A program made the translations under genes and the position numbers. DNA of 64,000 nucleotides, from assembly GCA_965197745.1 (NCBI GenBank), contig CBDANS010000005.1:416001-480000 (forward strand), read 5' to 3'. The stretch's first letter is position 1, and each line of letters starts with the position of its first letter. The DNA comes from Opitutales bacterium. Its GTDB lineage: Bacteria > Verrucomicrobiota > Verrucomicrobiia > Opitutales > PNEW01. Positions 52,093 to 63,399 of the stretch are shown here, in pieces. The notes beneath the pieces were generated by a model. That model was not told the DNA's origin. It did no database searches and was given only the letters and a program-made list of their open reading frames with translations.

Positions 52093-52950
52093 TTGATGAT
52101 TCCCTCCATGGCTTTACCCCAAGCGTTATCCTTCGAATCGGGGGAAATAAAGCATCGCATCTGGCATTGGCCATCCCGTCAACCTGAGATATCAACGATC
52201 GTTGCGCTTCACGGTTTTACAGGAAGTGGTCAGGATTTTGCAGCAGTAGCGGATAAAAGGAACGAGATGACGGCCTGGTATGCGCCCGATTTTCTTGGCC
52301 ACGGACAGTCCGATTCACCTCATGATATCAAGCATTACACGATAGAATCGTTTGCTGATTATTTTGACGCTATGCTGGCTGTTTTAAATATTACCCGGCC
52401 GATAATTTTAGGGTATTCAATGGGGGGCAGGGCGGCTATCCATTACACAATAACAAAGCCTGATGATGTCCGCGCCCTCGTTCTTATCGGAGCAACAGCG
52501 GGAATTGCTGACAGCAGTGTAAGGGAGATACGCCGCAAAGAAGACGATAAACTTGCTCACCATATATTGTCTGATGACATCGAATTATTTGCCAGGAAAT
52601 GGGAGACTAAACCTATTATTGCTACACAAAAATATATCCCGGAACCCTATCGAAAAGCGGTGATGGAACGGCGCCGAAAAAATAAACGGTCAGGGCTGGC
52701 CAAGAATTTACGCGCAATGGGGACAGGGGCGATGAACCCTGTTTGGGATAACCTGAAAATGATAACCTGCCCGACGCTTTTAATTACCGGTGAAACCGAT
52801 CATAAATTTACACGCATTGCCGTGGAGATGGAGAAACAAATAGCGTCAGCGGAGCATTCTGTGATACCCGACACGGGTCATGCCGCGCATCTTGAGTCAC
52901 CTGAAATAGTTGCGGAAAAGCTGCATGCTTTTTTGAATGAAGCACCTTGA
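52093..52950 (+). CDS. menH: Alpha/beta hydrolase, MenH-like SHCHC synthase
   Basis: LHGFTGS, GHGQS, GYSMGGRAA, GETDHKF, GHAAHLE. Confidence 0.72.
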   Translation: MMIPSMALPQALSFESGEIKHRIWHWPSRQPEISTIVALHGFTGSGQDFAAVADKRNEMTAWYAPDFLGHGQSDSPHDIKHYTIESFADYFDAMLAVLNITRPIILGYSMGGRAAIHYTITKPDDVRALVLIGATAGIADSSVREIRRKEDDKLAHHILSDDIELFARKWETKPIIATQKYIPEPYRKAVMERRRKNKRSGLAKNLRAMGTGAMNPVWDNLKMITCPTLLITGETDHKFTRIAVEMEKQIASAEHSVIPDTGHAAHLESPEIVAEKLHAFLNEAP

Positions 52951-52979
52951 GCTGCAAGCAGAGGACTCCTGTTTGATCA

Positions 52980-54713
52980 TTACTTGGAAATCGGCGACTG
53001 GTAATTATCTGTTATCAGGGGTAACCAGAGTTTCATCTTAGTGCCTTGAGGTGAACTTTCGACTAACTCAATATCCCCCCGATGACTTAAAAGAATACGC
53101 TTAACAATAGACAACCCCAGGCCTGAACCCTCGCTGCGCCCACTGAGAAAAAATGTGAATATATCCTCTTGAATTTCCCGCGGTATGCCGGTTCCTCTAT
53201 CCGAGATTTCGACAAAAGCGACAGGGATGTTCTCACGATCACCCCTGGACAATTCGATATGAATCTCACCACCACTCGGCATAGCTTGAGTTGCATTTAT
53301 AATTAAATTCAGGAATGTCTGCTGAAGCTGGCCTTTATCACCCTCTACTGGGAGGGATAGATCGTCGTTACTATAGTGCAGGTTAATTTTACTCTGTTGA
53401 AGCTTGAGGCGCACGAGATGAAGCGTGTCTTGGATTATATCATTCAGCATTAAAGGTGAGTGGATGCCCTCGTTAGACTTCGCGAAACTTAGGACACGGG
53501 AAACGATGCCATCGAGTTGAACGAGTTTTTCACCAATAATGGAACTATCTTTATGGCGAATATCGTCAGGGTTATAATTTAGATTGAGCGACTCAAAGAG
53601 CAGTTTGATGACCATAAGTGGATTGCGTATTTCATGGGCAATTTCGGCAGCAAGGAGCCCGAGAGTGGTGAGGCGCTCATTTTTACGGAGTGATTCTTCG
53701 CTGCTGAAGACACGTGAATAAAGGCGAGAATTCTGTATGGCGACAGCACTTAAACTGGCAAGCGTGCTGAATATTTTCTTTTCGTCATCGTTAAAACGAT
53801 ATGGCTGATCGGTATAGGCGTTGAGCACACCGATGACTTCGTTTTCATAAATAATGGGAGAAGCGAGTAATGATATGAGTCCTTCTGTTTTTGCGAGTGG
53901 GATAAAATGATGTTCTTCTGTCTTGCGTAAATCAGCGACTTCGACCTGTTTTTTACGCATGATGGAAGTTCCAATTGCGCTATCCTCGAGATTCAAACTC
54001 TCCTTATAATCCGACAGCGTCGATACCCCGGTCATTGAGCGCAGGGTGAGAACATTACTCTCTTTTCCCAACATAAACAGGGCACAGACTTTACATCCCA
54101 TTATTTTCAGCGCTTCTTGAGTGATGTTATCGAGGAGCTCATCGAGTTCGAGTTTGGAAACCAGTTTCTGCCCCATATTGATCAGCAATTCGAGCTGTTT
54201 TGCTTTAATGGTCAGCTGCCTGATGAGCCAGAGTTTGCTTACTACACGGGTGGCATCATTAGTAAGCAAAGTAAGCATTTTGAGATCAGCCTCGTCAAAG
54301 GCATTGAGTTTTTCGCTGTCGACATTAACGACACCTATAACAATTCCCTGATCTTCCATCGGAACTGCCATCTCGGATTGAATCGTTTCTTTTACCGGAT
54401 AATACCGCGGATCTTTCGATACATCGCTGACCAGAAGCGGCTCTCCATGAAGCGCCACCCAACCAGTAACCCCTTGGCCCAGACGCAATTGTAACTCTTT
54501 TGAGAATTCCGGCAAACCCCGATAAACTTCAATTTCCAGATTTTTATTTTCTGGATTAATCAGGGCAATTGAGGCGCTCGTGGCATGGAGGACTTGAACA
54601 ATTTCATCTAATATAAATTCAAGGGCTTCCTGGGGGTCATCGGTATGACTGACCAGGCTGCTTATGCGATAGAGCGAGTCATGTGCGGCAAAGCCTTTTT
54701 CAGTATTTTTCAT
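52980..54713 (-). CDS. Cytoplasmic GAF-GAF sensor histidine kinase
   Basis: Two GAF domains, H-box IAHEIRNPL, N-box NLIINATQAM, D.GTGI, GSGLGL. Confidence 0.93.
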   Translation of the reverse strand: MKNTEKGFAAHDSLYRISSLVSHTDDPQEALEFILDEIVQVLHATSASIALINPENKNLEIEVYRGLPEFSKELQLRLGQGVTGWVALHGEPLLVSDVSKDPRYYPVKETIQSEMAVPMEDQGIVIGVVNVDSEKLNAFDEADLKMLTLLTNDATRVVSKLWLIRQLTIKAKQLELLINMGQKLVSKLELDELLDNITQEALKIMGCKVCALFMLGKESNVLTLRSMTGVSTLSDYKESLNLEDSAIGTSIMRKKQVEVADLRKTEEHHFIPLAKTEGLISLLASPIIYENEVIGVLNAYTDQPYRFNDDEKKIFSTLASLSAVAIQNSRLYSRVFSSEESLRKNERLTTLGLLAAEIAHEIRNPLMVIKLLFESLNLNYNPDDIRHKDSSIIGEKLVQLDGIVSRVLSFAKSNEGIHSPLMLNDIIQDTLHLVRLKLQQSKINLHYSNDDLSLPVEGDKGQLQQTFLNLIINATQAMPSGGEIHIELSRGDRENIPVAFVEISDRGTGIPREIQEDIFTFFLSGRSEGSGLGLSIVKRILLSHRGDIELVESSPQGTKMKLWLPLITDNYQSPISK

Positions 54714-54870
54714 ATCGAGCTGTGAGGGGACGAACCGCGGTCGTCACGGGGAAACGAAAATAATATTACTTAAGATAGAATGAGGAGACCGCTTCCTTTA
54801 ATTTGATCATTAGCAATATTATCCTATTAATTCAATAACTCCAAATTCCTGAATGACTAAGGCCCTGGTC

Positions 54871-57666
54871 TTATACCTTAATTTTTTCTGTCAAACGCGA
54901 AACGATATTATTGAGGGATTCCCTCAACGCCAGGAGTTGTGCTGTATCGTCGGGCCTGGACTGGTCGATATTCTCAATATAAAAGGTGTCAACGGCAATA
55001 CTGTGTTCAGTAGAGACACGGACAAAAGTTATATTGAAACCGTGATCAAAAATTGATTTGGCAAGACGGTAAAGAAGGCCAATTTCATCGTTCGAATGCA
55101 CTTCAATAATAGTTCTTTGTAGCGAACTTTCATGATAGACATCGACGTTTGGTGGGATAGGAACCTGTAATTTACCCTCATTATTTATAAGTGAAGGTTT
55201 AGTATATTTTTTCCTCTGGCTGATAATATGGGGCATGAGATTCTTATTGTGCAAGAGTGCATCATCGAGGTGTTTTTGGAACAGTATTTTTACTCGGTCG
55301 TTTTCTACAATTCCACCACCTGGTTCACAGACATAAAAGGTGTCGATTGAAATATGGTCATCGCGCGACAAGGCTTTACTGCTTAAAATATTGAGACCCG
55401 CTACGCTGAAAGCCCCGGCTATTTTATAAAATAGACCAGAGCGATCCCAGGTAACAAAGTGCACTACGGTCATACTCAAATTAAGATCGTCCTGCCATTC
55501 CACGATGGGGGAGAGGGACTCGATGGAATCTGCTTCTGAGATATGTTTCAAAAGACTGTTAATCATTTTCAGATGAAGAGCGATTTCTTCCGCATTATTG
55601 TGCTTAAAATAATGATCGGGAAGAAGGTTATAGTGAGCTTCAATCTCTTCGTCTGAGATATCGGTTACAATCTCTTTTATTTTGTCATTATTGATTAATT
55701 CATTCCTCAGGGCTTTTCTCGATCGATCCGTTTCAGTCCCACTGAGAATCTCAAGGGTGTTATTAAAAAGAGCGGTATGGAGCATATCCTTGTAACTGTT
55801 CCATAAATTTATGGATGTCCCGCGCGCATCACAGAAAGTATGAACATAGAGATGACGCAGCCGATCAGGATCACCTATTTTCTCGGCAAAGACCTGCGCG
55901 GTTTGAGGATCGTCAATATCATAATGCCGCGAATAACGCGCCATTTCCAAATGGTTATCTATTACGAATAATATAAGCTCGCGGTGGTCGGGAATAATTC
56001 CCAGACGATCGAGCATACTTTCAGCCATTTCGGCACTGCGATTCGCGTGCCCGGATATTCCTTTCCCCTTTCCAATATCATGAAGGAGCAGAATAAGGTA
56101 GAGGAGGCCTGGCGTATCCGTATCGTGAATTTGGTTGTGGTATTTTTCAACGACCGGATTATCGATTTTAAAAACCTGATCGAGCTCACTAATGGTATTG
56201 AGGGTGTGAATATCAGCGGTATATCGATGGTAATACTCATGCTGAACGAGACAGGTCAGCCCTGCGAATTCGGGCATAAAACGTTCTAATACACCCAGTT
56301 CATGCATTTTACTCAGGGCCGGGAATACTTCACCGACGCTTTGCAGAATGGAACGGAAACTACGGTTAGCGGAGGGGGAATTTATTACATTGTTCGTTAT
56401 TAAATTCAATGATGAACGAATGAGGTTTTCGAGTTCAAAGTCTAATTCTGCGTGAAATTGCTGGCTGTGACGAAATATTCTTATCAGGCGCTCCGCATTC
56501 TCTTCAAAGATAGTATCATCATCATAGGACAGGGTTTTTACGGTCAGGACAAAGCCATCGATATGTTTTTTCCGTTTATATTGATGCGCTTCGATCAATG
56601 ACTTAAAACTGACCTTGTAATTTCGAGTTAAGGTTAAGCGTCTCTCTAATATCTTAGAGCAATGGAATATAGTTTGGGCATGACTGTAATAGTCTCTCAT
56701 AAACTCTTCCACCCGTAGAAATATATCTTCCTGATGGTAGCCTAGATTCCATGCAACCAGGGGTTGTTTTTCCAGGTCCATTACGTCCGTACTTCGATTG
56801 CTTTGAAAATGCAGTTCATGGCGGACTCTCAGGAGAAAATTATAGGCGCTGCTAAATTTCAGCAGTTCATTCTCATGCAGGTATTGATGCGTGCCGAGTT
56901 CTTCGATACTATTGACGTCTAACTTTATGAATGCCATCCAGAGGATGCTTTGGTAATCGCGCAGACCTCCTACACCGTTCTTTATATCGGGTTCCTGGAT
57001 GAAAACAGTATTGCCATAACGGCTGCGGCGTTTCTTCTGTTCCTCGAGGCGGATATGAATATATTCTTGAGGTGAGTCTTTAAGACAGTAATTTCTATAG
57101 GTTTGCTTGAATTTCTGGTAGAGTTGATCGGAACCGATAATCAATCTGGATTCCAGCTGGGAATTTTTGGTTTCAATACTATTCCTCGCTTCTCTTATTG
57201 TATCTTTGATGGTACGCGTAGAATGGCCCACCTTTAAGCCAATGTCCCATAAAATGTAGAGTATCATATCGGTTAATGTCTTTTTAAAAAGAGTAAGATT
57301 CTGAGAGCGTACCCGATCGGGATAAACGAACATAATATCAACGTCGCTGAACGGACATAACTCAGCGCGACCATAGCCCCCCAGGGCTGTTACCGCGACG
57401 GGACAGGGAGGCTCTCCATGTTGTGCTTTAAAGGACGCGATGGCCTGCTCATAAAGGTTTTCAATCAGGACATCGATTACAATGGATCGTGCTTGTGCGA
57501 CTCGTAATCCACTATCCCCTTTTCGATGATAGCGCAAAATCATCTCATTTTCCAATCGCAGGAAGGTCTTATAGTGATCGAGCAAATCATCCCGACTTGC
57601 GTCACCAGGATGATTGAGCTTTTGGCTGGTGTGTTGCCTGATGCGTCTAAATAGGGGGTCTTCCAT
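54871..57666 (-). CDS. glnD: [Protein-PII] uridylyltransferase
   Basis: ALGGYGRAELCPFSDVD, EPDIKNGVGGLRD, YHRYTADIH, LLHDIGKG, two C-terminal ACT domains. Confidence 0.96.
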   Translation of the reverse strand: MEDPLFRRIRQHTSQKLNHPGDASRDDLLDHYKTFLRLENEMILRYHRKGDSGLRVAQARSIVIDVLIENLYEQAIASFKAQHGEPPCPVAVTALGGYGRAELCPFSDVDIMFVYPDRVRSQNLTLFKKTLTDMILYILWDIGLKVGHSTRTIKDTIREARNSIETKNSQLESRLIIGSDQLYQKFKQTYRNYCLKDSPQEYIHIRLEEQKKRRSRYGNTVFIQEPDIKNGVGGLRDYQSILWMAFIKLDVNSIEELGTHQYLHENELLKFSSAYNFLLRVRHELHFQSNRSTDVMDLEKQPLVAWNLGYHQEDIFLRVEEFMRDYYSHAQTIFHCSKILERRLTLTRNYKVSFKSLIEAHQYKRKKHIDGFVLTVKTLSYDDDTIFEENAERLIRIFRHSQQFHAELDFELENLIRSSLNLITNNVINSPSANRSFRSILQSVGEVFPALSKMHELGVLERFMPEFAGLTCLVQHEYYHRYTADIHTLNTISELDQVFKIDNPVVEKYHNQIHDTDTPGLLYLILLLHDIGKGKGISGHANRSAEMAESMLDRLGIIPDHRELILFVIDNHLEMARYSRHYDIDDPQTAQVFAEKIGDPDRLRHLYVHTFCDARGTSINLWNSYKDMLHTALFNNTLEILSGTETDRSRKALRNELINNDKIKEIVTDISDEEIEAHYNLLPDHYFKHNNAEEIALHLKMINSLLKHISEADSIESLSPIVEWQDDLNLSMTVVHFVTWDRSGLFYKIAGAFSVAGLNILSSKALSRDDHISIDTFYVCEPGGGIVENDRVKILFQKHLDDALLHNKNLMPHIISQRKKYTKPSLINNEGKLQVPIPPNVDVYHESSLQRTIIEVHSNDEIGLLYRLAKSIFDHGFNITFVRVSTEHSIAVDTFYIENIDQSRPDDTAQLLALRESLNNIVSRLTEKIKV

Positions 57667-57854
57667 GGATAAAGATGGTGTAGGGGAAAAATCGTCACCT
57701 AACAATATATTATTAAAGTAAATTAAAACAGGGTATTAGTAATTGTCATCAAATCAAAGAGTGCTCTTATATAATGAAAGAAGCTTACCCTATTATTCTT
57801 TTGACACCTTGTGATATCATCTTTCGCTGATATCCCTTACTAACATACTCACCC

Positions 57855-60587
57855 ATGACAGAAATTGCAAAAGCTTATGATCCCGAGCTGGTTGAACTGA
57901 AATGGTCCCGGGCCTGGATCGATGCGGATGCTTTCCGTGGTTTACCCGACGAAAGCAATGAGGCATTTTGTATTGTTCTCCCGCCGCCGAATGTAACAGG
58001 AGTGCTACACATGGGTCATGTATTGAACGGTACGATCCAGGATATCCTCGTGCGACGCGCGCGCCAGGAGGGTAAAAAAGTACTATGGCTGCCGGGAACA
58101 GATCATGCAAGTATCGCCACCCACGCCCGAATTGAAAGGGAATTAAGGAAAGAAGGAAAAACACGCTATGATTTAGGGCGCGAAGCTTTTCTCAAGCGAG
58201 CCTGGCAATGGAGCGATGAGCATCGTGGTATTATTCTAAACCAGCTGAAAAAGCTGGGCGCATCGTGTGACTGGAGCCGTACCGTATTCACCATGGACGA
58301 AGCTTACAGCCGCGCGGTTTTAACCGCTTTTGTCCTGCTCTATGAGCGGGGCTACATTTACCGGGGTAATTATATGGGCAAATGGTGCCCCGTGAGCCTT
58401 ACCGCGTTAAGTGATGAAGAGGTCATTATGAAACCGCAAAAAGGACTCCTCTATAAAATGCGCTATGAGCTCGTTGAAGATCCCGGTAAATTTCTCGAAA
58501 TATCCACAACGCGTCCTGAAACATTAATGGGTGACACAGCCGTAGCCGTTCACCCTGAGGATTCGCGTTACCAGCACCTGATTGGAAAACACGCATGGCG
58601 ACCATTTCCCCGTGCGGAACTTCCCATTATTGGTGACGCAGCGGTTGATCGCGAGTTTGGCACTGGGGTGCTTAAGGTCACCCCAGCACATGATGAAATG
58701 GATTTTCAAATCGGACAGCGTCACAACCTGCCGGTAATCGATGTCTTTAATCCCGACGCTTCGCTCAATGAACTCGCGGGGGAAGATTTTATTGGCGTTG
58801 ACCGATTCGAAGCGCGAAAAATCGCGGTTGAGAAACTAAAAGCAATGGACCTTTATGTGGGGGATGAGCAGTACGAAAATAATATAGGATTTTCCGAACG
58901 GGCTGATGTCCCGATCGAACCCCGTATTTCTGATCAATGGTGGATGCGCTACCCTAAAGTTGAGGAGGCTATTACCGCCTATAAAGAGAGAATTATACAA
59001 TTTCATCCCGATCGATGGGGAAAAGTCTATCTTCACTGGCTGGAAAATATCAGGGACTGGTGTATTTCACGACAGCTATGGTGGGGGCATCGTATCCCGG
59101 TCTGGTATAAAAAAGAGACGGATCGGAATAATCCTGAGAACTGGCACGTTTCAGTCGATGGCCCTCCCGATCCTGAAAACTGGGAACAGGAAGAGGATAT
59201 GCTGGATACCTGGCTCTCCTCCTGGCTGTGGCCATTCGCCACGATGGGATGGCCCGATCCCAATAATAATGAAAGCGATGATCTTAATTTCTTTTATCCG
59301 ACCTATGCGCTCGTCACGGGGCCTGACATCATCTTTTTCTGGGTCAGCCGGATGATTATGGCGGGGCTTGAATTTATGGGGCCAAAAAAGAAAAAGCTGA
59401 CTCCTGAAGAGATAAAAAAGCGTATTCCATTTCAGAATGTTTATTTTACGGGTATGATACGTGACCTTCAGGGTCGCAAGATGTCAAAGTCTCTGGGCAA
59501 CTCCCCTGACCCGCTCGATCTGATTGATAAATTCGGAGCTGATGGACTTCGCTATGGGATCATGAGCATTGCTCCGAAAGGGCAGGACATCCTCTTCAGT
59601 GAAGAGCGCATAGAACAGGGGCGTAATTATTGCAATAAACTCTGGAATGCCTGCCGCTTCCGGCAGCTATCCGGCAAGCTCGAGGATAACGCGTCACCGG
59701 ATAAAATCCTTTCTCGTTTTGAACCGGATAAGTTTGACGAGTACGATCACTGGATCGTCAATCAGCTTATAAAAACAGTTCATCAGATAGAAAAATGTTT
59801 TGATAATTATGATTTTTATTTAATGGCACAAAGCCTCTACAGCTTATTTTGGAGTGATTATTGTGATTGGTATCTTGAGGTATCGAAATCAAAATTAAAA
59901 AATGAATCCCTCCGGGATAATTGCCTGACCATTCAGGATTTCATTTTACGCCAGGTTTTACTCACTATTCATCCATTTATTCCCTTCATTACGGAGGAAC
60001 TTTGGCATGAGCTCGGGTATGGAGACAATGAATTATTTATTGAGGATCACCGATTAGAAAGCAGCTCTCAATTACAAAAACAAATAGCTGAATATGGAAT
60101 TGATGAAGAAGCCCATTTGATCGCGGCAAATAAAATTGATGAACTTCAGCTGTTTGTCATGCATGCACGCTATCTCAAGGCCGAGTATAACGTCGCCAAT
60201 AAGCGTGATGTTAAATTTTATTACACGGTGGATGAAGAGCACCGTGAGCTAGTTGCTTCACACAATGACAATATAAAACATCTCGTTGGCGCTTCTGAAA
60301 TTAATCCTTGTAATGCTCAGCCGCAAGGAGCGCCGGCAAAAATTACCCCAATGGGCACCATTTACCTCGACCTCGCCTCAGCGGTTGACGTCGCGACTGA
60401 AAAAGAAAGGCTGAATAAAGAACTCATGCGACTGGAAAAGCAGATCGCAGGATCAGAGGCCCGTCTAGCAGATGAAAATTTTCTTAAAAAAGCCCCGGAA
60501 AAAGTAATCCAGGGAGCGAGAGATCAACTTGCAACTAATAAGACGAAAAGAGAGGAATTTCAAAAACTCATAAACAATCTGGGTTAA
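57855..60587 (+). CDS. valS: Valine--tRNA ligase
   Basis: PPPNVTGVLHMGH, DWCISRQLWWGHRIP, KMSKS, C-terminal coiled coil. Confidence 0.98.
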   Translation: MTEIAKAYDPELVELKWSRAWIDADAFRGLPDESNEAFCIVLPPPNVTGVLHMGHVLNGTIQDILVRRARQEGKKVLWLPGTDHASIATHARIERELRKEGKTRYDLGREAFLKRAWQWSDEHRGIILNQLKKLGASCDWSRTVFTMDEAYSRAVLTAFVLLYERGYIYRGNYMGKWCPVSLTALSDEEVIMKPQKGLLYKMRYELVEDPGKFLEISTTRPETLMGDTAVAVHPEDSRYQHLIGKHAWRPFPRAELPIIGDAAVDREFGTGVLKVTPAHDEMDFQIGQRHNLPVIDVFNPDASLNELAGEDFIGVDRFEARKIAVEKLKAMDLYVGDEQYENNIGFSERADVPIEPRISDQWWMRYPKVEEAITAYKERIIQFHPDRWGKVYLHWLENIRDWCISRQLWWGHRIPVWYKKETDRNNPENWHVSVDGPPDPENWEQEEDMLDTWLSSWLWPFATMGWPDPNNNESDDLNFFYPTYALVTGPDIIFFWVSRMIMAGLEFMGPKKKKLTPEEIKKRIPFQNVYFTGMIRDLQGRKMSKSLGNSPDPLDLIDKFGADGLRYGIMSIAPKGQDILFSEERIEQGRNYCNKLWNACRFRQLSGKLEDNASPDKILSRFEPDKFDEYDHWIVNQLIKTVHQIEKCFDNYDFYLMAQSLYSLFWSDYCDWYLEVSKSKLKNESLRDNCLTIQDFILRQVLLTIHPFIPFITEELWHELGYGDNELFIEDHRLESSSQLQKQIAEYGIDEEAHLIAANKIDELQLFVMHARYLKAEYNVANKRDVKFYYTVDEEHRELVASHNDNIKHLVGASEINPCNAQPQGAPAKITPMGTIYLDLASAVDVATEKERLNKELMRLEKQIAGSEARLADENFLKKAPEKVIQGARDQLATNKTKREEFQKLINNLG

Positions 60588-60651
60588 GTGTTTAACCGCG
60601 GGTAATAACCCTTTCCACCTGAAATAAATATTAACGATAAAATAAACGAAA

Positions 60652-61125
60652 ATGATATTAGACACGATTGATAATATAGAGAAGATCAAGTATATAAAAC
60701 GCTCGCCGGCACTCCAAGAGGCATTCGATTGGTTTAGGAACACTTCTCAAGACATTGAGGAGGGGACTTATGAGTTACGCGGAAAAGATTTATATGTAAT
60801 GGTTGTGGGTTTTGATACCCAACCGAGAAGCGATTGTATTTTTGAATCCCATCGCGCTTATGTCGATTTGCAATATATGGTAGAAGGAGGGGAAATTATT
60901 GATTGGAGCCCTATTAAAAACCTGACCCCACAGGGAGAATATAACGCGGAAGGCGATTTCCTGCTATATCCAGCGCCGGAGGGAACACCTACAAGTCTAC
61001 GGATGACACCCGGGACGTTTGCCATTTTTTTCCCTGAAGACGGTCATAGTGTCAAAATCAATGATGGCGTCAATACACGGGCAAAAAAGTGGGTCGCGAA
61101 AATAGCCCTGGATCTCCTGGATTAG
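60652..61125 (+). CDS. YhcH/YjgK/YiaL-family protein
   Basis: FESHRAYVDLQY...G.E and FAIFFPEDGH. Confidence 0.92.
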   Translation: MILDTIDNIEKIKYIKRSPALQEAFDWFRNTSQDIEEGTYELRGKDLYVMVVGFDTQPRSDCIFESHRAYVDLQYMVEGGEIIDWSPIKNLTPQGEYNAEGDFLLYPAPEGTPTSLRMTPGTFAIFFPEDGHSVKINDGVNTRAKKWVAKIALDLLD

Positions 61126-61206
61126 AAGCGAATATTAACAATCCTATTAATTGATAAAGTGTGGGGACAGCAATTTATCAATCATATCTATAATATCTGA
61201 AACCCG

Positions 61207-62163
61207 ATGAATGTTTTTATTTACTCAGAAGATATACATGATAAGGAAAAACGGATTTTTGAGGAAGCACTCAAAGATGATGAATTGGTATTTGGCTGGG
61301 ACCTGAATGATGAGGTGAAAGCTAAAGAATTATTTTTAAAAGCTGATGTGGCGTTTAGCGGTTCTCTCCCTGGAGAGTGGCTTACCCAGACAGAGCGATT
61401 ACAATGGCTCCAATTGGAGTCGGTCGGCTTTGAACCCTATCAGGAATTTGGGAAAGCTATATTATCAAAAGGGATATCGATTACTAATCTCAAAGGATTT
61501 TTCAGCATCCCGGTGGCGGAAACAGTTTTGGGGGGAATCTTAAGTCTTTATCGCAGCCTGGATAAATTAAGCGAACTGAAAAAGATGAGATCGTGGGAAA
61601 AACTGGATATTCGGGCAGTCAGTAAAGTATTGCATGGGTCTCAAGTTATGATCTTGGGGAGTGGGTCCATTGCCCTTGAAATTAAAAAATTACTCCAGGC
61701 ATTTGAATGCACAGTGACGGTCTTTGGAAAAAGCCTGAAAAAAGCAGATATTGTTGATGGGGAGGAATTGGATAACAGACTGCCCAATGTGGATATTGTC
61801 GTTTGCTGTCTTCCCCAGACTGATGAAACGATAGGGTTATTTAATGCGAAGAAACTTTCTATCTTAAATAGCGACGCGCTGTTTGTAAATGTTGGCCGTG
61901 GAACAGTAGTCGATGAAGAAGCCCTGGCTGATGCGTTGTCGAAGGAGCGTTTAGGGGGTGCCGTTATCGATGTAACAAATGAAGAACCTATTCCCACCGA
62001 ACATCCTTTCTGGGATTGCCCGAATATGATAGTTACCCAGCACACGGGTGGAGGTTCCACCGATGAAGTAGAGGGAAAAATTAATATTTTCCTATCCAAT
62101 TTCAAGCGTTTTAAAAATAAACAGGAACTCCTCAACATTGTAGACTTTGATAAAGGATATTAA
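61207..62163 (+). CDS. D-2-hydroxyacid dehydrogenase-family protein
   Basis: LGSGSIA, NVGRGTVVDE, DVTNEEP, TQHTGG. Confidence 0.92.
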   Translation: MNVFIYSEDIHDKEKRIFEEALKDDELVFGWDLNDEVKAKELFLKADVAFSGSLPGEWLTQTERLQWLQLESVGFEPYQEFGKAILSKGISITNLKGFFSIPVAETVLGGILSLYRSLDKLSELKKMRSWEKLDIRAVSKVLHGSQVMILGSGSIALEIKKLLQAFECTVTVFGKSLKKADIVDGEELDNRLPNVDIVVCCLPQTDETIGLFNAKKLSILNSDALFVNVGRGTVVDEEALADALSKERLGGAVIDVTNEEPIPTEHPFWDCPNMIVTQHTGGGSTDEVEGKINIFLSNFKRFKNKQELLNIVDFDKGY

Positions 62164-62165
62164 TC

Positions 62166-63365
62166 ATGCCCAAAATTACAAAAGTTCGTCCGGTAATACT
62201 TAGCTCACCTTACGCAGATCATGAACACGATACCGAAGTTCACTGTCACTTGAAACAGGGTTATCGCAGTTGCGGGATGGTAGAAATCACGCTTGATGAT
62301 GGAACAACAGGATTGGGTGAAGGGTATGTCGCTGTATTCGCTCCGTATATCTTCAAGGAATTAGTAGCCCTCTATAACCCGGCGTTATTAGGTCGGGAGA
62401 TCATGGACTTTAATAACATTTACCGTGATTTGTGGAAAACATCCGGTTACTGGAGTTACCAGGGGGCAGCCAGACATGCACTCAGCGCCGTAGAAATCGC
62501 GATGCACGACTGCAGAGCCAAGCATTTAGGGATTCCTGTCTATGAACTTTTTGGAGGAGCATTCAGTAATTCAATAAAAGTCTACGGTAGTGGTGGAGAT
62601 TCTGGAACGCCGGCCGGGGGCATTATTGAATTTGATTATCTGGAAAAATTGAAAATTACTGCTTTTAAAATTCGGGCCCAGACGAACCAGGTGAACAAGG
62701 CGGTGTGGTACTTAAAAGAAGGCAGGAGAAGGGGTATAGAGATCGCGATTGATATGGTGCAAAGCATGTCCATCCCCTCAAATTCAGTTTCTGAAGTGGT
62801 TCAGTTTTTAAATGAAGTAAGATCGCAGGCGGACGGAAAAATTCTCTTTCTCGAAGAGGCATTGGGCCCGACAGATGGGGATGGATTTAAAATGCTCCGC
62901 ATGAAAGTTGACACTAAGGTTGCCGGTGGTGAAATCATCACGACAGCTTCTGAATTGAGTAACCAAATCCAAAAGGGGGCTTACGATATCGCACAACCGG
63001 ATGGAACCGTGATTGGCGGCATCAGTGAAGTATTAGAAGTCTTTTCTACCGCGAATCGTTTTGGATGCCAGGTAATTGTTCACTGTTGGGGTGGCCCGGT
63101 GGGAATGATGGCTAACTTTCATGCCGCGTTAGTGGGTGGAGGAACAATGGCCGAATGGCCGATGAAGCCGTTTCCTCTGCGAGAAGCGATGGTGGTGGAA
63201 CCCTGGGATATTAAAAATGGAATTCTAACCATAGGGAAGACACCCGGTCTCGGCGTCACCCTGACTGATGAAATAGAAAAAGAATTTTCATTCCGAGAAG
63301 ATGCAGTCTATGATTGTGCCGCGGACATGTCTATTGTCCCTCCCGATTCTGTCTGGGCTGTATAA
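62166..63365 (+). CDS. Mandelate racemase/muconate lactonizing enzyme-family (enolase superfamily) protein
   Basis: GTTGLGEG, SAVEIAMHD..AK..G.PVYELFGG, LEE, GGE, QPD, PGLGV. Confidence 0.92.
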   Translation: MPKITKVRPVILSSPYADHEHDTEVHCHLKQGYRSCGMVEITLDDGTTGLGEGYVAVFAPYIFKELVALYNPALLGREIMDFNNIYRDLWKTSGYWSYQGAARHALSAVEIAMHDCRAKHLGIPVYELFGGAFSNSIKVYGSGGDSGTPAGGIIEFDYLEKLKITAFKIRAQTNQVNKAVWYLKEGRRRGIEIAIDMVQSMSIPSNSVSEVVQFLNEVRSQADGKILFLEEALGPTDGDGFKMLRMKVDTKVAGGEIITTASELSNQIQKGAYDIAQPDGTVIGGISEVLEVFSTANRFGCQVIVHCWGGPVGMMANFHAALVGGGTMAEWPMKPFPLREAMVVEPWDIKNGILTIGKTPGLGVTLTDEIEKEFSFREDAVYDCAADMSIVPPDSVWAV

Positions 63366-63399
63366 CGTTTTCGGATTACCTTACTAAAGATACAGGAAA

